The notes under the pieces: generated by a model | The model's database searches: none | What the model was told of the DNA's origin: nothing | What the model saw: only the letters and a program-made list of their open reading frames with translations | Shown here: positions 16,379 to 27,017 of the stretch, one piece after another | How positions within the stretch are numbered: position 1 is the first letter of the stretch | Layout of the letters: the number at the start of each line of letters is the position of its first letter | Virus record (IMG/VR): IMGVR_UViG_3300037124_000040 | Location: 1 to 39,763 of that record | Origin: a virus | Lineage: Duplodnaviria > Caudoviricetes | DNA length: 39,763 bases | Reading direction: 5' to 3' (one strand) | Translations under genes and position numbers: made by a program

Positions 16379-19321
16379 TTAGAACCTCCTGGCTGAGCCA
16401 AGCCGCTTGAATCCATCCTCGATTGCGACGATGAATCCAATACCAGTCAGCGAAAATCCCTGCTGTAAATCTACAACCCCATCATCCTCATCTGTAATTT
16501 CTATCATAATCTTGCTGCATTCGATGATGCTGGTCCCGGCCTCAATCATAAATGCATTGTCACTGTAAGCACTGGACAGTCCGCTCCCATAGTGATCGTC
16601 GATATCCATATTTTCCAAGGTGTTTGAGTTAAATGTCTGATCGTCGACAAACACGGGCTCGTCGTATGCGATTTTCAATCGGATTTGATGATCGCTAATA
16701 TTCTGGCCTTCGAGCACGATTCCTCGGATGTATTGTACCCCAGTTAATTTGGCGAATGAGAACCACCCCGTTCTGATTCTCTGGATGATGTCCTCATCAT
16801 TATCACGCCACAATGAACGGTCTTGGACGCGAACATCGGTGTAGTAGAGATACAGCACACCACCGGCCTCTACAGCGTCTTGGCAATGGTGATTTGTGAA
16901 TGTTGACCACTGATTTCTTAAGTAGTTAAAAACGAGTGCTTTCTCACCAAACCCCTCTGGTAAAAAAATCACATAATTATCTTCTGGGATCAATACTCCC
17001 CGAGCAAGATCAATTTGCTTATAGTGCCATCGTACAGGCTCGCCGATGGGTGACACCATTAGGCTCTTGTCTAGCAAATAAATACCGTCTGGCCCTTCGA
17101 ACATTAACCCCAATGGGCATTGGACTAACGTTTTGCTGTTTACACAGCCTATCGCCTCACTAATCATCACAGGATCTGAATATCCAGAACCTGTACCAGC
17201 CATGCTCAAGCCAGTACCTGTACACGCGTAGATTCGAGTTTCTTTAAAAATAATCACCCGGTCCATAAATGATGCAAGGGCTGTAATCTCGCCGCCTGAC
17301 GTTGGAACCTCGATTTCTAGGAACGGAGAATGCTCAATTCCAGTATCAGTTAAAAACGATTGCGAGTATCTAACAGTCGGTACTGGATCGTCAGTTGGAG
17401 CAATAAACATCCGTTGTTGATGTACCGTTGCGTAATCGTACGTCGGAGGAGGGTAATTGTTTAAAGTTCCACCCTGGGTGTAAAGAATCTCATTGTCTGC
17501 TATCGATGAGTCGGCCGCAGTGTCCACAATGCTGACGTATTGAGCTATATAAGGTCCCCCCCATACAGTTTGACATCTATGATAGACAGATCCATTCGCC
17601 AGTGTTCTACAAAGGACAATTGCAACGTCATCCTTCATAGTGTAACTTATTGTTCTTACTATAGCTGTCACAGTCCGATTGGATCCTGTGAGTGTTATGC
17701 TGCTCACAGGACTTTGCGCGCTCCGGTAAAGTTGCCCTTTGGCATTGTACCACTCGAAAATTGCAACATATCCATAACTAGATGTTAAGGTGAGATATCC
17801 TCCTGCTGACTCGGTCAGGCTCCCGATTTTCGGAGAAACGACAAATCCGCTTTCGACAACGGCTTTCCCGTCAAATTCAAGCGGAATACCGCTTGGAATT
17901 GTCATGACGCCATTGGCCTCTAGTGCATGCTTTTTGCCTACGGAAGTATGAAGACGAAGATTTGCAACATACATTGCATTAGTTGAATCTCCTGTTTTTT
18001 TACAGAGGACAGTCATCCACTCATTCGATGATTTTTCATGAATCTGCACGACATATCCACCACCACCAGAATCATCGGCGAATCCATGCATGGACATTGT
18101 CTCCATCTCATGACTGTCATTTGTTAGGAGATAAGCGCCCTCTACGTCGCCTGCACCATCGTATCGGAATGAAAGTAGGTGTATATTGCCAAGGTAGTCA
18201 GCCCACGGCTTCCCGTAGAGTTGTCCGCCATACGTGTAATCATTTACTGTCCCATTTGTCCCTACACCTCCTCCAGAGTCCCAATACGATCCTTCCCGGA
18301 TTAGGTATTGATTTACAGTCACTGCAGAATCGTAAATCGTCACATATACATACCCTATGGATGATTTTCCTACCCCCGATAAACTGCCTGCTAAGGATGG
18401 AGATGTCCAGGAGAGAACAGAAGCAGATGATATCACTACTGACGCAGTATTGTCATACCCAACTGCGTAGCAACGTCTTGGTGTAGTCCCTCGATCGGAG
18501 TACAATGCAACTGCAATATTTGTTGATAATTTAAAACACCCGACCTTGTCAGCTGTCGTTACAGATATTGTCGATCCAACGCTCCAAGAAGATCCATTGT
18601 AAGCAAGAGGCTCAAAAGCGCCCCCCAGTGTGTAATGTCCAAGAAAGATGCTATTTTCACCTACACCAAAAACACACACATCAAATGGAATGTTTGTGTC
18701 CGTATTTGAGGCGGAGCCCGAAATAGTAGATGGTGTCCCAATTGTCCCGTCAGTGGATATCGTCCCCCACGCCAAGACTGCAGGACTCCCAGATGATGTG
18801 AAAAAATACAGCGATGTGTCGTATCCAGTAAGTAACAATCGGACATATTCTCCAGAAGTGGAATATGAGTCGATCTCCAGTTTTGTATGGCGATTGTATG
18901 TCTTGACAAAATAATCGATGGTAGACGAGACGACGTCGAATTTCGATCCGCAAATAGCCCAAATATCGCCAAACTCGACTATTTGAATCCCGGCGAACTG
19001 GTGATTCGGCTCAGAATATAATGGCTCAAGTTCGCAGTTTATAAGGCTTAATGACGATACAGCCGTATCGAAAGTGTCATCCTCAGAATTATAAACCTTA
19101 ACATCAGATCTATACAGAATAGGCGTATCGTCTAAAACTCCGAGATATCGTCCGCCTGCAACGATGCGCCGCAATCCATGACGCTTCCTCAACTGCCCCT
19201 CATAGTCAAATACTGAATTTTCCAGTCGAAGCAAACCCTGGGACACAACCTTCGGATCTTTTCCAGTGTCAAGGCCGGTATTCAGTACTGCTGGAATCAA
19301 TGTGTCCTTCAGTGGGCTCAT
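16379..19321 (-). CDS. Tail nozzle / tail tubular protein B-like (beta-propeller)
   Basis: 980 aa; GLDT..DP...LENSVFD..GQLRKRHG start; ITALASFMDRVIIFK, ISEAIGCVN, LVFNYLRNQWSTF motifs typical of podovirus nozzle proteins. Confidence 0.78.
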   Translation of the reverse strand: MSPLKDTLIPAVLNTGLDTGKDPKVVSQGLLRLENSVFDYEGQLRKRHGLRRIVAGGRYLGVLDDTPILYRSDVKVYNSEDDTFDTAVSSLSLINCELEPLYSEPNHQFAGIQIVEFGDIWAICGSKFDVVSSTIDYFVKTYNRHTKLEIDSYSTSGEYVRLLLTGYDTSLYFFTSSGSPAVLAWGTISTDGTIGTPSTISGSASNTDTNIPFDVCVFGVGENSIFLGHYTLGGAFEPLAYNGSSWSVGSTISVTTADKVGCFKLSTNIAVALYSDRGTTPRRCYAVGYDNTASVVISSASVLSWTSPSLAGSLSGVGKSSIGYVYVTIYDSAVTVNQYLIREGSYWDSGGGVGTNGTVNDYTYGGQLYGKPWADYLGNIHLLSFRYDGAGDVEGAYLLTNDSHEMETMSMHGFADDSGGGGYVVQIHEKSSNEWMTVLCKKTGDSTNAMYVANLRLHTSVGKKHALEANGVMTIPSGIPLEFDGKAVVESGFVVSPKIGSLTESAGGYLTLTSSYGYVAIFEWYNAKGQLYRSAQSPVSSITLTGSNRTVTAIVRTISYTMKDDVAIVLCRTLANGSVYHRCQTVWGGPYIAQYVSIVDTAADSSIADNEILYTQGGTLNNYPPPTYDYATVHQQRMFIAPTDDPVPTVRYSQSFLTDTGIEHSPFLEIEVPTSGGEITALASFMDRVIIFKETRIYACTGTGLSMAGTGSGYSDPVMISEAIGCVNSKTLVQCPLGLMFEGPDGIYLLDKSLMVSPIGEPVRWHYKQIDLARGVLIPEDNYVIFLPEGFGEKALVFNYLRNQWSTFTNHHCQDAVEAGGVLYLYYTDVRVQDRSLWRDNDEDIIQRIRTGWFSFAKLTGVQYIRGIVLEGQNISDHQIRLKIAYDEPVFVDDQTFNSNTLENMDIDDHYGSGLSSAYSDNAFMIEAGTSIIECSKIMIEITDEDDGVVDLQQGFSLTGIGFIVAIEDGFKRLGSARRF

Positions 19322-19704
19322 AAAACTACCAATTCCGTCGTTGATATAATCAGCATGAGGAGCGAACCACGAGCTGTCGTGATAGTAGCAGATGATGCAC
19401 CGTCAATAGTAACCCCAGCCCCAGATGCTGTAATAGTGTTTGTGCTGGCACTGTGATTTTTCACTGCTATTGTCTTTCCAATATCCCCCGCAGTTAGTGA
19501 CTGAATCTCCACTGTAAATGCCCCGCTGGAAGGGTCGCAGAGCACGACTTCTCCGGGCCTCCCAATCGTACCGGAATATTTAATCTCTGTTGGATCACCA
19601 AAGGGCTTATCCTTTTCCCGTTCTAGGGCATCGATGGCCGATCTGGTAGCGTCAAGAGAGTGCTGCTCGGGGATCGATAAGGCCTGAGTGGTCGTCAATC
19701 CCAC
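19318..19704 (-). CDS. Small virion/tail protein
   Basis: VLCDPSSGAFTV...NTIT...TIDGASS motif common in phage tail proteins. Confidence 0.6.
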   Translation of the reverse strand: MGLTTTQALSIPEQHSLDATRSAIDALEREKDKPFGDPTEIKYSGTIGRPGEVVLCDPSSGAFTVEIQSLTAGDIGKTIAVKNHSASTNTITASGAGVTIDGASSATITTARGSLLMLIISTTELVVL

Positions 19705-20387
19705 GGTACACCTCGGTAGAATCCACTCACCTGACCCTCCGCCTCGACATCTCGGACCCTGTCTGGCTCTGCGACATCCGTGGAAGTCGCCTGCTCACGG
19801 ATCTCAGCCTCGATATCCATCATATCCTCTTTGAGATCGCGCGCATCGTACCGGTCTTTTTCCTTACCTTTGATAACCGCCCATAATATTACATATTCTT
19901 CGTATCCTGCTATCCCATCAAGAGTAGCGCTATCGTTTTCGAATACCCACGGTGCGGGGATGTACCACAGTTTGACGGTGCCCCCCCAGTTAGGCGTAGG
20001 TCTCAGCCTAAGATTTCCTCCTGAAACTCTCCATCTAGTACCTAGTTCTGTGCTGCAATCCTGGTACTGATTCCGTTCAGCGTGGTTGAACTTTTTCATC
20101 GGATGCCAGATTCCGTTGAAATAAACGTCCACACCTCGGGCTTTCCAGAAATCGTAGCTATCGCCCGGCTTGCTGGGCACAGCATAGGTATCTGTCCCCG
20201 AAACTACAGTTATCTCCTTGTATTCTAAGTACAAATTTGGGTCACACGTTGCAAGCAGACGGTAAAGTTTTGCTGCCCCTTGATCGAGGCGTCGATCAAT
20301 CTCGGCCTGAGGATGGCGCACAGACTTGAAGTCTCCGCGCTCCATCACCTCGGTTCTGAGCTCAGCGCGAGTGCGGGTGAGGGCCAT
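19695..20387 (-). CDS. Head-tail adaptor (tail tubular protein A-like)
   Basis: ITVVSGTDTYAVP...LRLRPTP...VKLWYIP...GYEEYVILWA motifs; position after capsid genes. Confidence 0.72.
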   Translation of the reverse strand: MALTRTRAELRTEVMERGDFKSVRHPQAEIDRRLDQGAAKLYRLLATCDPNLYLEYKEITVVSGTDTYAVPSKPGDSYDFWKARGVDVYFNGIWHPMKKFNHAERNQYQDCSTELGTRWRVSGGNLRLRPTPNWGGTVKLWYIPAPWVFENDSATLDGIAGYEEYVILWAVIKGKEKDRYDARDLKEDMMDIEAEIREQATSTDVAEPDRVRDVEAEGQVSGFYRGVPWD

Positions 20388-20399
20388 AAAAAACCCTCC

Positions 20400-20774
20400 T
20401 TAAGGCGTGTTTCGGAGGAAGATTATCAGGTATATTGTCGCGGAATCCGGGTCCGTATCCACGCCGGCATCTTGAAAAATCACATCAATATAGGGAGTTG
20501 CGCCATTCACGTCTTCGGCATCGAACAGCATGGCGCAATCTGTTCGAGAAACCATTCCGCTGATGCCTAGCAGCTCATAATATGAGTCTGCCAAGGTGAT
20601 TCGGGCTTTCCCTTCCGCTGTCTTTGCCACTGACGTTACAGCCTCAGAGCCATTCGTCACAGTATACCCATTGGCGTCAACATCCGCCGCAGCTGTAACT
20701 TCCGCGAATAATATCACGGGGAATGACTCGATGGCATATATCCGACCGCCATTTTTCCATAGTCTTTCGGCCAT
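20400..20774 (-). CDS. Probable capsid decoration/minor head protein
   Basis: 124 aa beta-rich, directly after MCP, SD AGGAGG. Confidence 0.55.
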   Translation of the reverse strand: MAERLWKNGGRIYAIESFPVILFAEVTAAADVDANGYTVTNGSEAVTSVAKTAEGKARITLADSYYELLGISGMVSRTDCAMLFDAEDVNGATPYIDVIFQDAGVDTDPDSATIYLIIFLRNTP

Positions 20775-20789
20775 TTTAGCCTCCTGGAA

Positions 20790-20809
20790 CCATCCTCTTG
20801 CGAGGATGG
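20790..20809 (-). other. Intergenic RNA hairpin with GCAA tetraloop after MCP
   Basis: CCATCCTC-GCAA-GAGGATGG on minus strand; no long U tract. Confidence 0.6.
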
Positions 20810-20820
20810 CAGGTCGAGAA

Positions 20821-22095
20821 TTACGCCCAGTCGAACCTTGCGAGCGCTGCTGGATTTTTACACCTTAGATTTCCGAACATCCCGAGCCGAAACTCAATTT
20901 GGTCGGCATCTTCTACGATCCGATTGGTGGTCAGCCACCGAGGGACCTGTCCGATGCTCTTGAGCTCGAGGACATCATTCTTGATCACATGGATCCTGTC
21001 CTCAGGGCAATTGAAGTCCTTGAAGCACTTGACGGTGCTATCCCCGCTGGATACTTCGATTCCGTTGAATCCAACACGCGCGATCAGGGACCCATCCTTG
21101 TCCACAATGTCCACGGTTTCTTTGATGTACTGGGCTCGCGATTCGAGAGAGCTCACGAACCCTCTCCATCGATCGGGTCCCATATAGCAGGAGTCAGGGT
21201 CTTGCCCCATCCTGTTCAGTCGGCTGATCAGCAGATGGATAGCTTCCTCCGTACCATATCCGGGGTATGAGGTGTCGTTGTACGCGCTACCTGCCAGCCG
21301 TTGCCGGTAGACGGAGCGGGTCACGCCGTTGAAGCTGGTCGAAACTGATTCGGTGGCCTTTGGATTCCATCCATCGAGTCCGATTACCATATTTCTGTCA
21401 CCCGCGGAGACATAATCCCCGTGCGTGAAAATGGAATCTCCATCAGCAATGCCACTGACTGCCGTCACATTGGCAGCAGCTCCACTGGAATCCTCGCACT
21501 CGAAAGTACCGGCATCCACGTCGATGTCACCGACATACAAGGATGCTCCGGAATCCCTCAGGGCAGATGCTTCATCTGCCGCAAAGACAATCCGCTGACC
21601 CGGTTCGAAGTTTGTAATGTCGTCAGAATTTTCCAGAGTCAGCGTAGGGTCGGCTCCTGGACTCGAAACGCTGCCAATTTTTCCACTCCCATTCCCATAC
21701 ATCCGAATACCGAGAGAGCGCTTGATCGCATTGATAGCGCTATCTGATTCGGTTTCGACGGCTTCTAGAAATGCTCCTTCGTCATCCTCAGACGCTAGCA
21801 TCGTTTCGGTGTCGATGCGCCCCACGGCATAATCCTTGGATCGAGTGATCTGAAAATCTACACCTTTACTCGGGTTTCGATTTCCCTGAGCGCTCGAAAA
21901 GGCCGAGGAGCGGCCCGTCATGTCAGCGTATTTTACAGCATAGATGAACCTCCGACCTGGAAACTTCGTGCTCTTGGGCACGCGGGCCAAAAGAGGATTA
22001 TTTTTGAAGACGGTGCTTACGACCGTTGCAGGATCGTAAAGATCTTTCAACGCGTAATCAAATTCTGTTAGATCGAGATCGGCTGGAACTGCCAT
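20821..22095 (-). CDS. Major capsid protein
   Basis: 424 aa after scaffold; LKDLY...KNNPLLARVPK...YGNGSG...FRLGMFGNLRCKNPAA pattern; ATG 22095 with SD GAGGG. Confidence 0.85.
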   Translation of the reverse strand: MAVPADLDLTEFDYALKDLYDPATVVSTVFKNNPLLARVPKSTKFPGRRFIYAVKYADMTGRSSAFSSAQGNRNPSKGVDFQITRSKDYAVGRIDTETMLASEDDEGAFLEAVETESDSAINAIKRSLGIRMYGNGSGKIGSVSSPGADPTLTLENSDDITNFEPGQRIVFAADEASALRDSGASLYVGDIDVDAGTFECEDSSGAAANVTAVSGIADGDSIFTHGDYVSAGDRNMVIGLDGWNPKATESVSTSFNGVTRSVYRQRLAGSAYNDTSYPGYGTEEAIHLLISRLNRMGQDPDSCYMGPDRWRGFVSSLESRAQYIKETVDIVDKDGSLIARVGFNGIEVSSGDSTVKCFKDFNCPEDRIHVIKNDVLELKSIGQVPRWLTTNRIVEDADQIEFRLGMFGNLRCKNPAALARFDWA

Positions 22096-22182
22096 TTCTT
22101 CCCTCACTTATCGCGGTTGCTGTTGTGAGGGTACCCTGGCAGGTGGATTCGATTAGCCAGGAGGGTCGTTTCGTGCCCTCTG

Positions 22183-23073
22183 TTAGCCCTTGAAAAACTT
22201 ATGTTTTCTAAAGGCCTCTCGTCTCTCAGCCTGAGATCTTAGAGTAACTGTCTCAATCGATGGTTGCGCGCCGAGATCGTTACTCAGGGTCAGTGACTGA
22301 GTTTGTGTAGGTTTGGGCGGTTCCTGCTGCAGTTCAACTGGTGGTAGTGTCGAATTTTGAACCTTTTTCTCGATTTGTGACAGATCGCCAAACCGCTCTT
22401 TATATTTATTGATCTTAGAATAGGATTCTGTCAAGGCAAAAGCTTGAGCCGTAAGCTCTTTTTCGAGTTCATTGATGATGTCTCTGTATTTCGGGGGCTC
22501 TCTTGTCTTCTCATATTGCTGTACAGCCCTGTTGTAAATCGCCTCCTCGACTTGTCCAGGAGAAGTCCGGAATGAGTGCTGTAAAAATTCACACCCGTCA
22601 GACTCTGCTATTACTTGCCGAATAAGCCGTTTCTCTGCCGTTTGGGCATTGTATTGTTCTTGCTGTTGTTTCCACCGCTTGAGATCCTCCAATTCCTGCT
22701 GAATGGCGGAGAGATCTCCGCTGGACTGCTCTGCGGGCTCGTCGGACCCCAAAATAGCATCCCCGAGCGCAAAGTGATCAACGCCCAGCCTCTTGGTCGC
22801 TTCAAGTGGATTCTCCCTCGCAAGCCTTCGAATTTCTTCGAATTCTTGGAGTTCTTTCTCCCTCTGAGAAACCCTATCCGAGCGTTCTTTTAGCTCGCGA
22901 TCTCGCCGCAAGAGATCTTCGTAGGATTGTGCCAGCTGGTCTGCTGGCGGGTCGGAGACTTGCTGACCAGGATCAGACTCCGCCTGAGAAGGTGCAGAGC
23001 CTTGCATCCGCTCGATGAATCGACCCCTGGCGTCATCCCGATTTCCGGAATTTTCAAAATTATCTTCTGGCAT
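22183..23073 (-). CDS. Capsid scaffolding protein
   Basis: Acidic coiled-coil protein with basic C-terminus, directly upstream of MCP. Confidence 0.75.
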   Translation of the reverse strand: MPEDNFENSGNRDDARGRFIERMQGSAPSQAESDPGQQVSDPPADQLAQSYEDLLRRDRELKERSDRVSQREKELQEFEEIRRLARENPLEATKRLGVDHFALGDAILGSDEPAEQSSGDLSAIQQELEDLKRWKQQQEQYNAQTAEKRLIRQVIAESDGCEFLQHSFRTSPGQVEEAIYNRAVQQYEKTREPPKYRDIINELEKELTAQAFALTESYSKINKYKERFGDLSQIEKKVQNSTLPPVELQQEPPKPTQTQSLTLSNDLGAQPSIETVTLRSQAERREAFRKHKFFKG

Positions 23074-23074
23074 T

Positions 23075-23416
23075 TTAATTCAATGACCTTTTCAAAACGA
23101 ACGGGATTTCACGATCTCTAATTAAATAGAGATGATTCCCTAATTCTACTGCTCTCCCCGTCATCATCACAGTGTCTCCCGGAGAGCAGCATACTGGGCG
23201 GAATGTTCCATCCTGCAATGGTGCGCCTGGACCACAGCTAATGACCTCCGCCAGCGGAGTCTGATCTTCAACCTGATCAGGGATATGGAGCCCTCCCTCG
23301 GTAGTACCCGGAGGGACATATCTGACCAGAACATTGTCGAAAGTAGGAACGATATCGCTGGCTTTTAGTTGGTAGCCAGCGATGCTACTGGGCTTGATAA
23401 GTCTGCCCTTTCTCAT
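23075..23416 (-). CDS. groES: Co-chaperonin GroES/Cpn10-like protein
   Basis: IVPTFDNVLVR...TTEGGLHIPD...AEVISCGPG...PGDTV...LIRDREI matches Cpn10 signature. Confidence 0.85.
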   Translation of the reverse strand: MRKGRLIKPSSIAGYQLKASDIVPTFDNVLVRYVPPGTTEGGLHIPDQVEDQTPLAEVISCGPGAPLQDGTFRPVCCSPGDTVMMTGRAVELGNHLYLIRDREIPFVLKRSLN

Positions 23417-25332
23417 GATGCCTCCATTCCGGCCGGAAGGGCCGGTGGCATACCTCCAGATGCATTACCAGTTGGTCCCATCGGAGCAGCTGGCAAGGGC
23501 ATTTCTGGAGCTTGAGCCGAAGCTAACATGCTGTCGGCTTCCTCGATCCAGTCCATTAGTAATTTTACATTCTCTGGTGGCGCACCTTGAGTACGCGCGC
23601 GGAGCATGGCAGAGGTCATCATCGCCAAGCCAAGTGTCAAATCCTGGAATGGCTCAGGACGTACTTCCTCACCCTTCACCAGCATCAGTTCGATCTGCAT
23701 CTCGATATCCTCGTATGCAGCTGTCTCGAGGGATGCAAATTGCTCAAGATCTGGCATCCTTAGCAGGACCAACCCCTGCTTATGGTCGATGAATCCACCC
23801 TCGATTAAATTTTCTACTTCGCGGATTCGACCAGCTGGCTCATGCGGCAAAGACGAGCTCGGAAAAATCGAGATCTCATACATGTCCTTGTCCATATTGA
23901 CGTCAGACCATTTTATTTGCTCGATCCCCTTCGAGGTACCATTCCGGATGTAGAAATTCGTTCGATAATCCCCATCCCGTGAGTGGATTTCACCACCAGC
24001 GCAAATTGTTAGCCCAGCTGAACTGTGATGGAAATCATCCCACTCAATATTGGTCTGAGCGTGCCGGCCGGATTCCGTATCTTTCAGCACCATCAGCCCT
24101 CTGCCTGAATCAATCCCAGGTGGCTTGATACTTTGGGCAGACAACTCAGAAACTCCGGAATCTCGATATACTCGTTGGTCCAAATCGAAAACAAAACGAA
24201 ACACCTCAGAGGAAATCGAAGTCGGCATACCAGTCTTTGGAAGCGATGACCCTTTCCTGACAGGGATTAGATTCCCAGAAGTATTTTTCATGTGCTCCTT
24301 TTTAATGGAGCCCTCTTCATAGTAGGTGTTCGTAACCGAATGCAGGTGCATTGAATCCTGGATTCGGCCAAGCAGTTTGTTTTCCTGCCCTTGGATTGGC
24401 TCCATCTCCTCCACAAGACCTTGCGGATACCACCCAATCAGTGGATCTTGCCACCGAAACATCGCGAAGGGGAAGGATTCAATCTCCCATTGCCGCCATT
24501 TCGGCGGAGTCAACGTCCGCCCCTCTATGCAGACTGCATGGTATCCATCGTCAGCCCCCCACCCAGATGGAAGATGCCAAGCCTCTGCGACTTTCACCAG
24601 GTCTGTGATGATCTTCTTTCCCTCCCGCACGACGGCATTATCCTTCACAGCCTTGTCGATCGCGCGCTCATTGTCCGCTCGCCAGCGCTGTGGCAGTGAT
24701 TCATGGCAAAATCGCGCCATCAGTCGTTCAGCAGGGATGTATTTTACCCGTATTAGCTGACGAGTCTCACCATTAAGCGCAGCCTGTTCATCAACAACCA
24801 ATTCCCAAGGTGGGACAGGCTCGAATTCAACATGCTTGTACCCAGGGTAGATGTGCATTGCACCTATCCCAACTGCAGCCGCATAGTGAAAGATTTTTAC
24901 AGTTTTCTGATAAAATTTAGCCCGCTCCCATTCACCCAGAATGAACTTTTCCAAACCTCGGGCCTTCACCTTCTGGCTCCAGGCATTCGGCCCAGACGTC
25001 GACGTCTGGATTTTTACCATCGGGCGTTGTGTCGCGATTCGCGCGCCGAGAGTTTTGATACAATTTTTGATCGGATTGAGAGCTAGTCGACGCTCAGTTT
25101 TCTTCCGATTCTTGAATGCCTGCCTAGAAGTTGCCCGATCGCCAGGGTGTAACCCTGTAACAACATGATTTAAGTAGACTCCAAGGTATCTTTTCCAGTA
25201 GCTCTCGCGCCGGTTGATCTCCTCCTCCAACCGCGAAAGCGAATTGAAGACGCTTTCCTCCGGAGTCTTGCTTTTCCAGAAATGCTGCTGCTCCTTATGG
25301 ATCATACCAAGGCCTTTCCTCTCCGGATTCAT
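23413..25332 (-). CDS. Portal protein
   Basis: ~639 aa between TerL and scaffold; FPFAMFRW...GLVEEMEPIQ...N, SGVSELS...PGIDSGRGL podovirus portal motifs. Confidence 0.85.
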   Translation of the reverse strand: MNPERKGLGMIHKEQQHFWKSKTPEESVFNSLSRLEEEINRRESYWKRYLGVYLNHVVTGLHPGDRATSRQAFKNRKKTERRLALNPIKNCIKTLGARIATQRPMVKIQTSTSGPNAWSQKVKARGLEKFILGEWERAKFYQKTVKIFHYAAAVGIGAMHIYPGYKHVEFEPVPPWELVVDEQAALNGETRQLIRVKYIPAERLMARFCHESLPQRWRADNERAIDKAVKDNAVVREGKKIITDLVKVAEAWHLPSGWGADDGYHAVCIEGRTLTPPKWRQWEIESFPFAMFRWQDPLIGWYPQGLVEEMEPIQGQENKLLGRIQDSMHLHSVTNTYYEEGSIKKEHMKNTSGNLIPVRKGSSLPKTGMPTSISSEVFRFVFDLDQRVYRDSGVSELSAQSIKPPGIDSGRGLMVLKDTESGRHAQTNIEWDDFHHSSAGLTICAGGEIHSRDGDYRTNFYIRNGTSKGIEQIKWSDVNMDKDMYEISIFPSSSLPHEPAGRIREVENLIEGGFIDHKQGLVLLRMPDLEQFASLETAAYEDIEMQIELMLVKGEEVRPEPFQDLTLGLAMMTSAMLRARTQGAPPENVKLLMDWIEEADSMLASAQAPEMPLPAAPMGPTGNASGGMPPALPAGMEAS

Positions 25333-26791
25333 CCTCTATTTGCGCAGCCATTACCATCCGTTCCTCTTCTCTCCTGTACCACTCCTCGCTATGTAAGTCG
25401 ATCTTCGGCTCTTCCTCTTCATGTATGTAATGGTATGCATGTCGGTATGCGGCAAGATGCGCATCGCATGAATCATTAGGTTTGTTTGGATACTCTACTC
25501 GCTTCCCTGTCTGCTTTGCGATTTTCCAGGGAAGAGAACTCATTTCTTCCCTATGACACTCCGTGGAACTCTCCAAAAGCTGGACATATCCTAGATTATA
25601 GTCACTGTTCAAAGTTTTTATCCAGTCGTACTTTTTCGGCTTTTCCGACTGAAGAAGCGGTATGTCGTATCGACGAGCAAGTTCCTCGAAGTACTGCTTG
25701 TGCGCATAGTCGCATACAATATCAAGGATCTCACCATGTACAGTGTCAACATAATCTCTGTATTTCGTGATGTGGGACGCAATTGCATCCATGCGCATAT
25801 GGGACTCTTTGTAAGCATCAAGTTCCAGAAGGAGCGGAATTTTCGATGTAGGTCGCCAGGTATTAAATGAAAATGCTGTCGCATCATCCCACCCTAAATC
25901 GAGCCCAAGCACAAATCGATCACCTGGTTTGTGTTCCCAATCATCTCGCCAGAGATTCCTGACAGGATCATATTCATAAACCAACTTCCCGGTATCATGA
26001 ACATTTTCGCCTAGATACGTCCGACGAAACCAGACTCGTGTCTCTAGTTCAGGATCATTCTTCCTTTTTCTCGCAATGTCCTGTTTCCACTGACTGCGCA
26101 TGGAAGGATTGTCGAGCGTGGTCCACGAATGACAGCTCCATCCAGGATAAGACGGAGATTCTACTCCTGACATATTTTTCCGAGGACCAAAGCCCTTGAT
26201 GATCTCATAAAACAAACCATGAGGGTGCCGCGGAGGAGTGGACATCAAATAGAGTTGGCCCCGCTCGTCCACTAGTCGAGGGCCGATTGTATCCTCTACC
26301 ATCTCCTCAAGGTTAAGAGTGGTGTAAAATGCTGCCTCATCAAATGCGACTTTTCTGAGCTTGATCCCCAAAAACCGATCCAACGCTGCAAGATTATCAG
26401 ACCCAAAAAGCTGAATTTGACTGCCCGTGGGGAGAGTCACTTTCAGCTTATGCTCTTGCATCCTGCATCCAAGAGCATAATCCCTATTTATTTTTGCTAG
26501 AATTTTCCAGGCGATTTCTTCCACTTGTTTTTCGATCAAGCAGAAGAAAAAATATGTAGAAAATTCCCGCTCTAAGCCGTCGGACACAAAATCAGTAAGC
26601 ACCATAGTGCTTTTGCCGGCTCGACCAGTTGTCCAAATGAGTTTTCGAGGACTTGGATCATCAGCCGCAAGCCGCTGTTCCCGGAATAGGGTGTCGCGGA
26701 TCCCTGTCCTGGATTTAGCGGAGACTAAAAGCGTCTGTGAATCCATGCTACACCAGGGAAGGATAATTACACAGATGACAACCTTAACCAC
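25295..26791 (-). CDS. terL: Terminase large subunit
   Basis: Walker A GRAGKST, Walker B VAFDEAAF, STP motif, nuclease GLDLGWDD and NDSCDA; start may be 26746. Confidence 0.9.
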   Translation of the reverse strand: MVKVVICVIILPWCSMDSQTLLVSAKSRTGIRDTLFREQRLAADDPSPRKLIWTTGRAGKSTMVLTDFVSDGLEREFSTYFFFCLIEKQVEEIAWKILAKINRDYALGCRMQEHKLKVTLPTGSQIQLFGSDNLAALDRFLGIKLRKVAFDEAAFYTTLNLEEMVEDTIGPRLVDERGQLYLMSTPPRHPHGLFYEIIKGFGPRKNMSGVESPSYPGWSCHSWTTLDNPSMRSQWKQDIARKRKNDPELETRVWFRRTYLGENVHDTGKLVYEYDPVRNLWRDDWEHKPGDRFVLGLDLGWDDATAFSFNTWRPTSKIPLLLELDAYKESHMRMDAIASHITKYRDYVDTVHGEILDIVCDYAHKQYFEELARRYDIPLLQSEKPKKYDWIKTLNSDYNLGYVQLLESSTECHREEMSSLPWKIAKQTGKRVEYPNKPNDSCDAHLAAYRHAYHYIHEEEEPKIDLHSEEWYRREEERMVMAAQIEDESGEERPWYDP

Positions 26792-27017
26792 TATAATCCT
26801 CTGGCAAATCCACCCTTATCACATTTAAAGCTGGATAAAATACCTTCCGCCCAATGGCGAATTCCACCAGAAATCCTCCGACGCATCCATCAAGGACATG
26901 AGGGCGGATTGTCCGATCCCACGTCCGGCCATCGATGTATGGATGTTGATCCATGTCCTTGTTCTTCAAAAGAATCCCATTGATTATCGTCGGAAGTTCT
27001 TTTCGCTTTTTTACCAT
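26784..27017 (-). CDS. Hypothetical protein
   Basis: Fills operon gap; overlaps TerL start. Confidence 0.55.
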   Translation of the reverse strand: MVKKRKELPTIINGILLKNKDMDQHPYIDGRTWDRTIRPHVLDGCVGGFLVEFAIGRKVFYPALNVIRVDLPEDYSG

